Assembly (NCBI GenBank): GCA_903876665.1
Contig: CAIRAY010000093.1
Coordinates: 5,685-37,684 of the forward strand
Direction: 5' to 3'
Length of the DNA stretch: 32,000 nucleotides
Source of the DNA: an uncultured Fibrobacterota bacterium
GTDB taxonomy: Bacteria; Fibrobacterota; Fibrobacteria; Fibrobacterales; Fibrobacteraceae
The notes under the pieces were generated by a model. It searched no databases. It had not been told where the DNA came from and saw only the letters and a list, made by a program, of their open reading frames with translations. The stretch's first letter is position 1; every line of letters begins with the position of its first letter. The translations under genes were made by a program, and so were the position numbers. Shown piece by piece: positions 1-8,602 of this stretch.

Positions 1-62
1 ACACGCTAGATTCAGGTTCTAGTGAGAGCAATCTCGTGGAGGTTCAAGTCCTCTTTTCCGCA
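1..62 (+). tRNA. tRNA-Leu (anticodon CAG), 3' portion, truncated at the window edge
   Basis: Anticodon arm ctaga-ttCAGgt-tctag, long class II variable arm gagagcaatctc, T-arm ggagg-ttcaagt-cctct and acceptor strand tttccgc plus discriminator a. CCA is not encoded. Confidence 0.88.
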
Positions 63-63
63 T

Positions 64-92
64 ACGAAAGCCCGCAACCAGCGGGCTTTCGT
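64..92 (+). terminator. Strong hairpin downstream of the tRNA, likely terminator
   Basis: Perfect 12-bp inverted repeat acgaaagcccgc-aacca-gcgggctttcgt immediately after the tRNA. Confidence 0.75.
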
Positions 93-116
93 CGTATTCA
101 ACCCAAGGACAACAGA

Positions 117-614
117 ATGGGACACAATTTCGCAATGTGGAAAGGGATGACCCTCTTTGCCTTAAGCATCTTTTTGGGCGGTCTGGTGGGCTGTGGCGAC
201 ACGACCAAATCTGCGCATCAGGAGCCTGTGGCAAGCGTCGCCGGAGACTCCCTGGTAATTGCGGATGGTTCAGATACGGTTTGGGTCTGGTGGGCTAAGG
301 GCGACCAGTTGGCCCAGATTGGCGGACAGCAGGCCATCGGTGCGTTCCCCACGGTGGGAATGGATGGCGACTCCCTGGTGCTCTATTTTTTGAACAGCGG
401 GGCGTGGGACCGGATTGGAATCCTTCCCTTGACCAAAAACCGGATGCCTTTTTTGCAGGTAGGGATTTCCCCTTCGGGCGCGTATGATTTTGCTTTGGAG
501 CTCTACCGCTCCGGGGTCATGTCCTTGCGGGTTGCCGGCTCCACCGAGTTTCCCATGCTTCGCCAAGTCCCCATCACCGCCCCGCAAGCCGTGGCCATTG
601 GAGTTTTACCATGA
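117..614 (+). CDS. Small putative lipoprotein, hypothetical
   Basis: Signal peptide with lipobox (MWKGMTLFALSIFLGGLVGC|GD). The start could be 117 or 135. Stop overlaps the next ORF start by 4 bp. Confidence 0.7.
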   Translation: MGHNFAMWKGMTLFALSIFLGGLVGCGDTTKSAHQEPVASVAGDSLVIADGSDTVWVWWAKGDQLAQIGGQQAIGAFPTVGMDGDSLVLYFLNSGAWDRIGILPLTKNRMPFLQVGISPSGAYDFALELYRSGVMSLRVAGSTEFPMLRQVPITAPQAVAIGVLP

Positions 615-1027
615 GAGTTGAAATTGCCGCAATTTGCGATGCCGCCACGGACCAAGGTGGCAAGTTGAATATTCTGGGAGCTTTTGACCGGATTGGGGGC
701 GAACTGCCCATGGTCATGCCCCAGTGCGCCACGGCCTTTCGCATCCGGTGGGACCGGGAAGACGCGGGGGAGCATTCCTTGTCCCTTTTGTTCGAAGACC
801 TGCGCGGGGCCCCTCTGTTGCCTCCGCTGGAAAGCAAAATCGGCGTCCCCAGCATGCCTCCCGAATTGGATTCCCATGCCATCAACCTGGTGCTTAACTT
901 GCAGAGATTGCGGGTAGAACACGAGGGAAAATACCAGATGATCCTTCGCGTTGACGGAAAAGAAGTTGCTGTGCTTCCCTTGTGGGTGCAGGATCTGACG
1001 CCACACGAACCCAATCCCCTGGCATAA
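611..1027 (+). CDS. Hypothetical protein, resembles the DUF6941-type family
   Basis: 138-aa ORF, N-terminus MRVEIAAICDAATDQGGKLNILGAFDRI; ATGA overlap with the upstream gene. Confidence 0.65.
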   Translation: MRVEIAAICDAATDQGGKLNILGAFDRIGGELPMVMPQCATAFRIRWDREDAGEHSLSLLFEDLRGAPLLPPLESKIGVPSMPPELDSHAINLVLNLQRLRVEHEGKYQMILRVDGKEVAVLPLWVQDLTPHEPNPLA

Positions 1028-1043
1028 GTTTGCCATCGAAAAA

Positions 1044-1063
1044 GGCGCCCTTTTCAGGGCGCC
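1044..1063. terminator. Hairpin between convergent genes, possible terminator
   Basis: ggcgccc-ttttca-gggcgcc stem-loop 17 bp after the stop of the upstream gene; no clear U-tract. Confidence 0.45.
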
Positions 1064-1089
1064 CTTGTGATGTATGGAGTTCTTTTGGG

Positions 1090-2730
1090 TTATGCTTTCA
1101 GCACATCGATGGCTTTTCCGTCGAGCGCGGTCGCGCAGGTGGGAAGGCCGGTCAATGCTGAGGTTTCTGGGTTTGCGGCCATGAGGTCCGCGCGCTCGAT
1201 GTCAGCCAGGCGGAACTTGCGTGCGCCGGCCATAAACTGTTGAAGACCGCAGGCGAGCTTGTCTACCCAGGCGGTCATGGCGACCGCGCCCCACGGAATG
1301 TTCTTCATTTCGTCCGCGCCCACGCGTGACTTCACATTTTCCCAGGATGAGAAAATGGCTTCGGGTGTTTCACCGAAGCAGGTTACGCTAGAGGGCAGTG
1401 CATCCCAGTTGCCGTTGACTTCTGCACGCTTTTCGGGTTGCAGGACGCCTTGGATATTGCTTCCCAGGTAGCCGGGGATCATGGGTGCGCGGCCCATGCA
1501 GATCAGCTTGGTGAATGGTGCGCCCAAAGCAAGAGCCTTGAAGACATGGTCTTCGCGGGCAAAGCCGCCACCGAAAGAAATCGCAGGAACGCGCAGGCCA
1601 CGGTCGCTCAGAATTTTGCAGTATTCGTAAGCTTTGGAATGCAAAGTCAGGGACGGGACGCCCCAATGTTCCATCATATTCCATGGGCTCATGCCCGTGC
1701 CACCACCAGCGCCGTCAATGGTCAAAAGATCCAAGGCACCTTCGGAGGCGCAACGGATTGAGAGCGCGAGGGCTTCCATTCCGTAGGCACCGGTTTTGAG
1801 CGAAATGCGCTTGAAGCCAATTTTCCGCAAATACTGGATAGCTTTGAGGAAGTCTTCTTTGACTGCGGCTGCGCTATGGATGTCCGGTGCGCCCAGGCGG
1901 CTGTGACGTGCGAAGGAGCGGATGGCGCCTGCGCGGAACGAGGCTTCCACGAGGGGGTCGGATGGATTGGGATCCACCACATAGCCACGTCCCTGGAGGA
2001 ACTTGGCATAGTCGATATCGGAGACCTGGATTTCGCCACCAATGTCTTTGGCACCCTGGCCCCACTTGAGTTCGAGCACCACATCGTCGCCGTATTTGCC
2101 CAAAATGTATTCGGCCACGCCGTTGCGGGTGTCTTCCACGTTCATTTGTACAATGATCGCGCCATAGCCATCGTAGTAGCGCTTGAAAATTTCGATGCGA
2201 CGGTCAAGCTCTGGTGCGCTAGTCACTTTGCCATTGGCAAAGGTGGCTTTTTTATCGATGCCCACCACGTTTTCCCCGATCACGATCGGAATGCCTGCAA
2301 GCGCAGCGCCCGCGGCAAAGGAAGACCAATACTTGGCGGCGATCATGGTCGAGCCCAGTGCGCCCGTCATGATGGGAACGCGGCATTTGGTGGTGATGGC
2401 ACCGCCAAATTGGACTTCGGTGCTCACATTGGGGAAAATGCATCCATCGGCATCAGCGGTGATGCCGGCGGGAACCCCGGTGGAACCAAAGGCGTAGCCC
2501 TGAATGCGCAAGGAATGATAGCCTGCGCCGACGGAGAAGGTGTTTGCCGATCCCGATGTGATCATGCCGAAATCCCGTGGGTAGAGCAATTTGCGGCCGA
2601 CCAGGGAGGACATCCAGGTTTCGCATTTGCCTTTGCAGTCCGCACGGCAAAGCGTGCAAAGCCCGGACTCGCAGGGGTTTCCACGGTTGACTGTTCCCAG
2701 TGCGTCATTTTGTTTCGGCCATTCGAACAT
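1090..2730 (-). CDS. Glutamate synthase-related protein (GltB FMN-binding domain) with N-terminal Cys-rich motif
   Basis: Contains GQGAKDIGGEIQ, LLTIDGAGGGTGMSPWNMMEHWGVP and GGGFAREDHVFKALALGAPFTKL, typical of FMN-binding GltB-like proteins. Start taken at MFEWPKQ; the tracked ORF extends to 2793. Confidence 0.88.
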   Translation of the reverse strand: MFEWPKQNDALGTVNRGNPCESGLCTLCRADCKGKCETWMSSLVGRKLLYPRDFGMITSGSANTFSVGAGYHSLRIQGYAFGSTGVPAGITADADGCIFPNVSTEVQFGGAITTKCRVPIMTGALGSTMIAAKYWSSFAAGAALAGIPIVIGENVVGIDKKATFANGKVTSAPELDRRIEIFKRYYDGYGAIIVQMNVEDTRNGVAEYILGKYGDDVVLELKWGQGAKDIGGEIQVSDIDYAKFLQGRGYVVDPNPSDPLVEASFRAGAIRSFARHSRLGAPDIHSAAAVKEDFLKAIQYLRKIGFKRISLKTGAYGMEALALSIRCASEGALDLLTIDGAGGGTGMSPWNMMEHWGVPSLTLHSKAYEYCKILSDRGLRVPAISFGGGFAREDHVFKALALGAPFTKLICMGRAPMIPGYLGSNIQGVLQPEKRAEVNGNWDALPSSVTCFGETPEAIFSSWENVKSRVGADEMKNIPWGAVAMTAWVDKLACGLQQFMAGARKFRLADIERADLMAANPETSALTGLPTCATALDGKAIDVLKA

Positions 2731-2784
2731 GCAGACTCCTTGTGTTTTTGTTTTTAATGGCAATGGATTGCCGTTAGAGTTGAG

Positions 2785-2812
2785 AATGTACAACGAATAT
2801 TCTCCCTTTCAA
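2785..2812 (-). promoter_or_regulatory. Putative sigma70-like promoter for the glutamate synthase-like gene
   Basis: On the minus strand TTGAAA-N16-TACATT (plus-strand 2807-2812 and 2785-2790), with palindrome GAATATTC (2795-2802) in the spacer. Confidence 0.4.
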
Positions 2813-2877
2813 AATCGGGAATAACGTGTTTTAAAGGAATAGGGAACAAGGATTGCCGATAATTTTCCCTCTCCAAA

Positions 2878-2949
2878 GGAAAAACTACCATTACTTGGAA
2901 ATATTGCCGTTCTTGGCTTGTGAATGGGTATATTATCGGAAAAACTACC
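2878..2949. promoter_or_regulatory. Duplicated putative operator motif GGAAAAACTACC in the divergent intergenic region
   Basis: Identical 12-mers at 2878-2889 and 2938-2949, flanking an AT-rich TATATTAT stretch 24-29 bp before the regulator ATG. Confidence 0.4.
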
Positions 2950-2957
2950 GAGAAATT

Positions 2958-3962
2958 ATGTCGATCGACGAACGAAAAAAAAAGAACCGCCTGGGTATTC
3001 TCGAGGTTTTGCACGAGGCGATCCTCCCTTTGCACAGCCATCAGATTGCGGCAACCCTGCAGTCCATGGGATTGGATCTGAGTGAGCGGACGGTCCGGTT
3101 GTACCTGGAAGACATGGAGGTGGATGGATTAAGCGCCTCCCAAGGCAGGCGGGGCCATCAAATTACTCCTGCAGGCCGGGACGAGCTGGGAGGCGAGAGG
3201 ATCATGGATCGCATCGGCTACATGTCCTCGCATGTGGAGCGCATGATGTATTTGATGGATTTTGATTTGGCTACCCGCAATGGAACGGTGGTAGTGAATT
3301 TAAGTCTAATTCCCCATGACTTGATGTGCTTGCATTTAGATACGATGTGTCAAGTATTTGCCAAGGGCTATGCCATGGGGACTTTGGTGGGACTGTTGCG
3401 CGAAGGGGAATCCCTGGGTTCGGTGGTCGTTCCCAAGGGGCATATTGGCCTTTGTACGGTCTGTTCCATTACTCTCAGCGGAATCCTGCTCAAGCATGGG
3501 GTTCCCGTTCGTTCCTTGTTCTGTGGCCTTTTAGATGTGGAAAATGGAAAGTCCAAGCGGGTCAAGGAATTGATTGCCTACGATGCCACCAGTGTCGACC
3601 CGTTGAAGCTCTTCATCAACAGCGGCATGACCAATTACCTAGGTGCGATCCGTGATGGAAATGGCCGGATCGGAATTGGATTTCGCGAAGTGCCTTCCGA
3701 AAGCCATAGCTTAGTGGAGAGCGTTGCACACAAAGTTCGCAAAGTGGGATTGGGTGCATTCCTTGAGATCGGCATGCCCAATACGCCCCTGCTCAATATG
3801 CCGGTACACGAGGGCTGTTGCGGAATCCTGGTGATCGGTGGCCTCAATCCGATTGCGGTCTTCGTGGAATCCGGGCTTCGCATCGAATCCAATGCGCTTT
3901 GCGGACTCATGGAATACCATAAGCTTTTCCCCTTTACCGAGCTCGCGGAACGCCTGGGATAA
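2958..3962 (+). CDS. NrpR-like transcriptional regulator (N-terminal winged HTH + DUF128-type domain)
   Basis: N-terminus RLGILEVLHEAILPLHSHQIAATLQSMGLDLSERTVRLYLEDMEVDGL, HTH-like. The rest has VVVNLSLIPHDL, GIGFREVPSESHSLVESVAHKV and NEXT-type hydrophobic/Gly pattern typical of NrpR/DUF128 proteins. Start at MSIDERKKKN. Confidence 0.8.
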   Translation: MSIDERKKKNRLGILEVLHEAILPLHSHQIAATLQSMGLDLSERTVRLYLEDMEVDGLSASQGRRGHQITPAGRDELGGERIMDRIGYMSSHVERMMYLMDFDLATRNGTVVVNLSLIPHDLMCLHLDTMCQVFAKGYAMGTLVGLLREGESLGSVVVPKGHIGLCTVCSITLSGILLKHGVPVRSLFCGLLDVENGKSKRVKELIAYDATSVDPLKLFINSGMTNYLGAIRDGNGRIGIGFREVPSESHSLVESVAHKVRKVGLGAFLEIGMPNTPLLNMPVHEGCCGILVIGGLNPIAVFVESGLRIESNALCGLMEYHKLFPFTELAERLG

Positions 3963-4038
3963 GCACACTGCGGTCCAAAAACTATTATCGAAACTCGCTA
4001 GACCATTGGTATTGTTGGTTTGCAGGCACGGTGCGGTG

Positions 4039-4056
4039 ATCCCCCCGGCGGGGGAT
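4039..4056. repeat. GC-rich hairpin, REP-like, upstream of malQ
   Basis: atccccc-cggc-gggggat inverted repeat, followed by a gatgacaagatggcgggggatga partial repeat. Confidence 0.4.
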
Positions 4057-4078
4057 GACAAGATGGCGGGGGATGAAA

Positions 4079-6136
4079 ATGCCTTTTGCTAATAATGATG
4101 AACAGAGCGCCTCGAGCCACTATTTTTGGCGATTTCTTGGAAATATCGCGATTGAAGTGTATTTTCGATCCATGCGATACGGAACCATCTCGACTTTTCA
4201 GACAGGCATTGCGGTGCCAGTATTCTCCCTCCGCTCCAGGCATAGCATTGGCATCGGCGATTTTTTGGACCTGATCCCATTTGGCGAATTTTCGCACCAG
4301 GCAGGATTTGATCTGATTCAGCTTTTGCCCATTAATGACACGGGCGAAGAATCCTCTCCCTACAGCGCGCGCAGCGCCTTTGCCCTGAACCCCGCCTACA
4401 TCCGGGTCCAGGAAGTATATGGGGCCGATGGCTTCATGGGCGAAATCCAGAAGGCCAAGCTTCAATTCGATTCGGCCCCCCAGGTGGCTTTTTTCGAGGT
4501 GGTTCGCTTCAAGCGAAAAATTTTGCGCAAGATATTTGATGTCCAAAAGCCAAATTTGCAGAAGGACGCCGAGCTGTTGGCCTGGATCGAAGAAAATTCC
4601 TGGGTCAAGCCCTATGCCGTGTATTGTCTGTTGAAGAACAAGAATGGCGAATCGGGCTGGCGTAGCTGGAAGGATCATTCCGACCCCAAACCGAGCACGA
4701 TCAAATCCCTCTGGTCCAAAAACGGGGACGACGTCCTCTTTGAAGCTTGGATGCAATACATTTGTGAGCAACAATTGTGCACGGCCATTGTGGCTCTGGA
4801 CGCCAAGGGGATCAAGCTCAAGGGCGACGTTCCCATCCTCATCAATGAAGACAGTGCCGATGTATGGGCGGACCGGAAGTTCTTCAATATTGAAAGCCGT
4901 GCTGGCGCTCCTCCCGACATGTTCAGCTATTCCGGTCAAAATTGGGGATTTCCCACCTATCATTGGGATGCACTTGAAAAGGACGACTTTGGCTGGTGGC
5001 GCAGGCGTCTAAGCCAGGCCGCAAAATTCTACCATGCCTATCGCATCGATCACGTGCTGGGTTTTTTCCGCATCTGGACGGTGCCCAGCAACGAAGTTAC
5101 GGGAATCATGGGGCACTTCAACCCGGCGCACCCCATTTCGCGAAAGCGACTTGCCCTCGCGGGCATCCAGGAAGGCACCCTTCAATACCTCATGCATCCC
5201 AATTTCGGTCGCGACTATTTGAGCGGGCTTTTCACCACCGACACGGACCGTATTGCCTCGACCTACTTTGAATCCATTGGTGGCGGGCGCTTCCGCCTGC
5301 GCGACAAATTTTGTTGCGAACAAACGATTGTCAATCTTCCCGAGTCGCAAAGCATCAAGGATGCCATGCTCAAGGTGTATTGGAACCGAGTGTTCCTGCC
5401 GAGTGCGGACGGGCAGAATTACTGGCCCTTCTGGTATTGGTACAGCGCGCCGGTGTTCTTTACCCTTCCCGAAAATGAGCAACAGGCCATACGCGGAATC
5501 ATGGAAGAAAACGAACAATCCCAAGAACAGCTCTGGCGCGACAATGGCCTCAAGCTACTGAAAATCATGGCGGAAGAAACCGACATGCTGGTGTGTGCCG
5601 AAGACTTGGGAGTGGTCCCGGAATGCGTGCCTTCCGTTTTGCGGGAGCTGGGGATTTTAAGCCTGCGCATCGAGCGCTGGACCCGCAATTGGAAGGCCGA
5701 AGGGCAACCATACATTGCGGTCAATGATTATCCTCGACTCTCTGTCGCGACCACCAGTTGTCATGATTCCTCCACTCTGGCAGGACTTTGGAACGAAGCC
5801 GATTTTGACCGGGAACTTTTCTGGAAATATTTGTGCGCACCGGGAAATGCACCCGCCAAACTCACTCCTGCTGCGGCCACCACCGTGCTCTCCCACCAGT
5901 TCTTGGGCAATTCCCTTCTGGTCATTCCCCCTCTGCAGGACTTCCTCTCCCTGTCGGCCAAATTTGCAGACCGTGATCCCGAGCGGGACCGCATCAATAT
6001 CCCTGGAACGGTTGGGCCTCACAATTGGACCTGGCGCATGCCCGCCCTTGCCGAAGACCTCAGCGAAGACAAGGGATTGCTCGATTCCATCCGGGCCTTG
6101 ATCGCCAAGCGTCGCAAGCACGAAATGTGGGATTAA
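4079..6136 (+). CDS. malQ: 4-alpha-glucanotransferase (GH77, amylomaltase)
   Basis: RSRHSIGIGDFLDLIPFGEFSHQAGFDLIQLLPINDTG, YRIDHVLGFFRIW, AEDLGVVPECVPSVLRELGI and HDSSTLAGLWNE are GH77 hallmarks. The start may be 4073 or 4079. Confidence 0.93.
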   Translation: MPFANNDEQSASSHYFWRFLGNIAIEVYFRSMRYGTISTFQTGIAVPVFSLRSRHSIGIGDFLDLIPFGEFSHQAGFDLIQLLPINDTGEESSPYSARSAFALNPAYIRVQEVYGADGFMGEIQKAKLQFDSAPQVAFFEVVRFKRKILRKIFDVQKPNLQKDAELLAWIEENSWVKPYAVYCLLKNKNGESGWRSWKDHSDPKPSTIKSLWSKNGDDVLFEAWMQYICEQQLCTAIVALDAKGIKLKGDVPILINEDSADVWADRKFFNIESRAGAPPDMFSYSGQNWGFPTYHWDALEKDDFGWWRRRLSQAAKFYHAYRIDHVLGFFRIWTVPSNEVTGIMGHFNPAHPISRKRLALAGIQEGTLQYLMHPNFGRDYLSGLFTTDTDRIASTYFESIGGGRFRLRDKFCCEQTIVNLPESQSIKDAMLKVYWNRVFLPSADGQNYWPFWYWYSAPVFFTLPENEQQAIRGIMEENEQSQEQLWRDNGLKLLKIMAEETDMLVCAEDLGVVPECVPSVLRELGILSLRIERWTRNWKAEGQPYIAVNDYPRLSVATTSCHDSSTLAGLWNEADFDRELFWKYLCAPGNAPAKLTPAAATTVLSHQFLGNSLLVIPPLQDFLSLSAKFADRDPERDRINIPGTVGPHNWTWRMPALAEDLSEDKGLLDSIRALIAKRRKHEMWD

Positions 6137-6153
6137 CAGGCCAGCGTTTCTGA

Positions 6154-7413
6154 CTACTGGATCGTAGTCAGAAGTTTGGCTGCGCGACGGCCAATCAGGT
6201 CGTCAGCGCCGGATTTCACCACGCGCTCCAACCATGGTCTGGCTACCCCAGGATTGTTGCTTGTTTGTATCCTCAATTCGGTGGCCTGCACAACGGCTGG
6301 TCGCGCAAGTGACGACGGAGTTCCGGGGGTCTGGGCGCATTTTTCCAGGCAGGCGATTGCGGATTTGAAAAATCCGAGTTCGCTCATCCGCACTCCCCAC
6401 TGGTACCAGAGTTCCGGGCCTACAGGCAAACAATAGTTGTTGTTCAGCAGCTTCTCCAGGACGCCTTCCACCATTTGTGGATCGGGCTTTGAGTATGCGA
6501 GCAACCCTTGCATTCCCCGTTCAATTTGCCCGAGCGCGGCATCGAGCTCCAGCAATTCGGCCAAGCGCCAGCCTTCCTGCAAATACTTACGCGTTTGTTG
6601 TAAGGGGTCCATGGTGCGAAGGGGAATTGTGGCTTTTACGGGGGCGAGGAGGGGGATTTTGGGAGCGAGTGCCCAGCCGAGCCCCAAAGCACCTAGGTCC
6701 AGAACAAAAACCCAGCCATAGTTGAGGGGGTTGACGAAGACTTGCACCACAAAATCCAGCACAATCCAGATTCCCGCGAAAATGAGGGGGTGCACTTGAA
6801 TTTGCCGAGGCTTTAACCACCAGCCTTGGAAGGGAATGGGATCCCGGTGAATGTGGGCGAGGATTCCCACCGCCACCGCAGAAGCCAAGCCCACGCCACA
6901 ATAGGGGATTTCCGCATGGACATCCCATAGAACAGTTACCCACAGATAATACAGGAAGGACCCCATCACCGAAAGGGCGATGACTCCTGCAAAGGGTTTT
7001 TGCCGGGACCATGACTTCTCTAGCCATAAGCCCGCATAGAGCAAGACCCAAAGCGAAAGCAAAAGCGAAATCCATCCTGGTGAAAGCAGCCAATTGGCAA
7101 AAAAGGCCAAGGGCCCTGCCCACATGGGCACCAGCCACACATTGTAGAAGAAGCTTTTGCCCACATACTCCTTCAAGTGGGCCTGGCGCCGGATTTCTTC
7201 TTCAGCCTTGTTGGGATCAACGCCTTGTTTGCTTAGAATCATGGATCGGCCGGTATTCCAGAGGACTTTGAATTTCTGGATTTCGGCCTGATAGTTTTTT
7301 TGCGCATAAATTGCGGGAACGAATGTGGCAAGCTGCACCAACACCAGAATCGACAAAAGAACGACCATGGGGCTTGCCAGCCACTTGATGGGACCTTGGG
7401 GTAGGGGAATCAA
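6154..7413 (-). CDS. Hypothetical polytopic membrane protein with a soluble, possibly TPR-like, C-terminal region
   Basis: Multiple hydrophobic segments in the N-terminal half; helical C-terminal half (LELDAALGQIERGMQGLL..., LGFFKSAIACLEKCAQTP). The first codon is TTG; an alternative ATG start is at 7368. Confidence 0.7.
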   Translation of the reverse strand: MIPLPQGPIKWLASPMVVLLSILVLVQLATFVPAIYAQKNYQAEIQKFKVLWNTGRSMILSKQGVDPNKAEEEIRRQAHLKEYVGKSFFYNVWLVPMWAGPLAFFANWLLSPGWISLLLSLWVLLYAGLWLEKSWSRQKPFAGVIALSVMGSFLYYLWVTVLWDVHAEIPYCGVGLASAVAVGILAHIHRDPIPFQGWWLKPRQIQVHPLIFAGIWIVLDFVVQVFVNPLNYGWVFVLDLGALGLGWALAPKIPLLAPVKATIPLRTMDPLQQTRKYLQEGWRLAELLELDAALGQIERGMQGLLAYSKPDPQMVEGVLEKLLNNNYCLPVGPELWYQWGVRMSELGFFKSAIACLEKCAQTPGTPSSLARPAVVQATELRIQTSNNPGVARPWLERVVKSGADDLIGRRAAKLLTTIQ

Positions 7414-8201
7414 GGTTCCTCCGAGATGTTGTGCAAATGGTCAAACAGCATTAAAAAATCTTCGGGAGAAAATTCCTCGGCGCGGGAGTGCTCGGAGCGA
7501 CCAAGGTCTGCGACGGCTGTTGCCACCTGGGCTTTGCTCCAGCGGCCTTCCAAAGAATTGGAGAGTCGCTTGCGCTTGTGCTTGAAACAGGATTGCACGA
7601 ATTCAAAAAACCCCGGAGGGACGGCCAGGGGAGGAGTCCGGGGCGTCAACAGCACCGTGGCGGAATCCACATTGGGCTTGGGGGTGAAATGCTCGGGGCC
7701 GACTTTGCGCAGCAGGGTTGCGTTGCAATTCGACGAGACCAGCACGGAGAGGGATCCGTAGTCGCTCGATCCTGGTTTTGCGCAAAGCCTAAGCGCCACC
7801 TCGTACTGGACCATGGCCATGATTCCTTCGAGCCTGGGCATGGATTCCACCAGGCGCACCAGAATGGCGGTGGCGACATTGTAGGGAAGGTTCCCCGCGA
7901 CCCATAGGCCAGGGTGGCGGTCCAAAAATGAATCCAGGTCGAAATGCATAAAATCCTGGTTGATTACCGTGATGCCGTTTTTGGCAAACTGGGATTCCAC
8001 CTTTTGGGCGCATTCGGGATCGATTTCCACTGCGGTAATGCTTGCCGAGCGACCAACCAAGTGGCGAGTCAGGGCTCCGTGCCCGGGCCCAATCTCCAGC
8101 AGGTGCTGTGCCTTTTGAACGGGCAGGTCCGAGGCAATGGCGTAGGCCATCGCATCATCCAGAAAATTTTGCCCAAACCGTCGGCGTCTATTTCGATCCA
8201 T
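7410..8201 (-). CDS. ksgA: 16S rRNA (adenine(1518)-N(6)/adenine(1519)-N(6))-dimethyltransferase
   Basis: RRFGQNFLDD, LLEIGPGHGALTRHL, ITAVEIDPECA, VAGNLPYNVATAIL and ALRLCAKPGSSDYGSLSVLVS. The ORF opens at 8222; MDRNRRRRFGQNF is the likely start. Confidence 0.95.
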   Translation of the reverse strand: MDRNRRRRFGQNFLDDAMAYAIASDLPVQKAQHLLEIGPGHGALTRHLVGRSASITAVEIDPECAQKVESQFAKNGITVINQDFMHFDLDSFLDRHPGLWVAGNLPYNVATAILVRLVESMPRLEGIMAMVQYEVALRLCAKPGSSDYGSLSVLVSSNCNATLLRKVGPEHFTPKPNVDSATVLLTPRTPPLAVPPGFFEFVQSCFKHKRKRLSNSLEGRWSKAQVATAVADLGRSEHSRAEEFSPEDFLMLFDHLHNISEEP

Positions 8202-8257
8202 TTGGAAAATGTAGCTTCCCATGGCCGGATTCCGAAATTACCCAGGGCAAACGCATA

Positions 8258-8396
8258 AAGCGCAAAAAAGATGGTATTAAAGTGTCATGCCCGGCACGGG
8301 CATCGCCGGTGCTTGTTGCTGCATTGTTCGGGCGTGGTGCGGTGATGGTCCACACAGTGGATAGTGCTCCACTAAGGGCAAAGCCCTAAGTGGCCA
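8258..8396. repeat. Copy A of a 139-bp direct repeat
   Basis: Matches 8464-8602 at a +206 offset with a single visible mismatch (c8291 vs a8497). Includes CCACTAAGGGC-AAA-GCCCTAAGTGG hairpin. Confidence 0.93.
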
Positions 8397-8463
8397 AGCT
8401 TTGCATAGCTGCCAGTAACCGTAACTGGCAGCACATCGGCCCTTCCGGCCATGACAACCGGGC

Positions 8464-8602
8464 AAGCGCAAAAAAGATGGTATTAAAGTGTCATGCACGG
8501 CACGGGCATCGCCGGTGCTTGTTGCTGCATTGTTCGGGCGTGGTGCGGTGATGGTCCACACAGTGGATAGTGCTCCACTAAGGGCAAAGCCCTAAGTGGC
8601 CA
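8464..8602. repeat. Copy B of the 139-bp direct repeat
   Basis: Same sequence as 8258-8396 with one mismatch; same internal hairpin at 8575-8599. Confidence 0.93.

Noticed and set aside
1876-2757. 293-aa plus-strand ORF over the GltB-like gene
   Set aside because: Shadow ORF of a strongly supported coding sequence; no motifs.
3998-4963. 321-aa minus-strand ORF over the malQ 5' end
   Set aside because: Antisense to conserved GH77 motifs and without family features.
8277-8561. 94-aa minus-strand ORF over the repeated units
   Set aside because: It crosses both copies of the non-coding repeat and repeats its own peptide because of the DNA duplication; there is no independent coding support.
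8258-8602. Possible CRISPR array
   Set aside because: Only two 139-bp repeats with a 67-bp intervening segment that itself resembles repeat ends; no cas genes nearby. This does not fit CRISPR architecture.
8258-8602. Possible retron or toxin-antitoxin RNA element
   Set aside because: No reverse transcriptase or small toxin gene is adjacent. The flanking genes are ksgA and sprA, so an element of REP/MITE type is the simpler reading.
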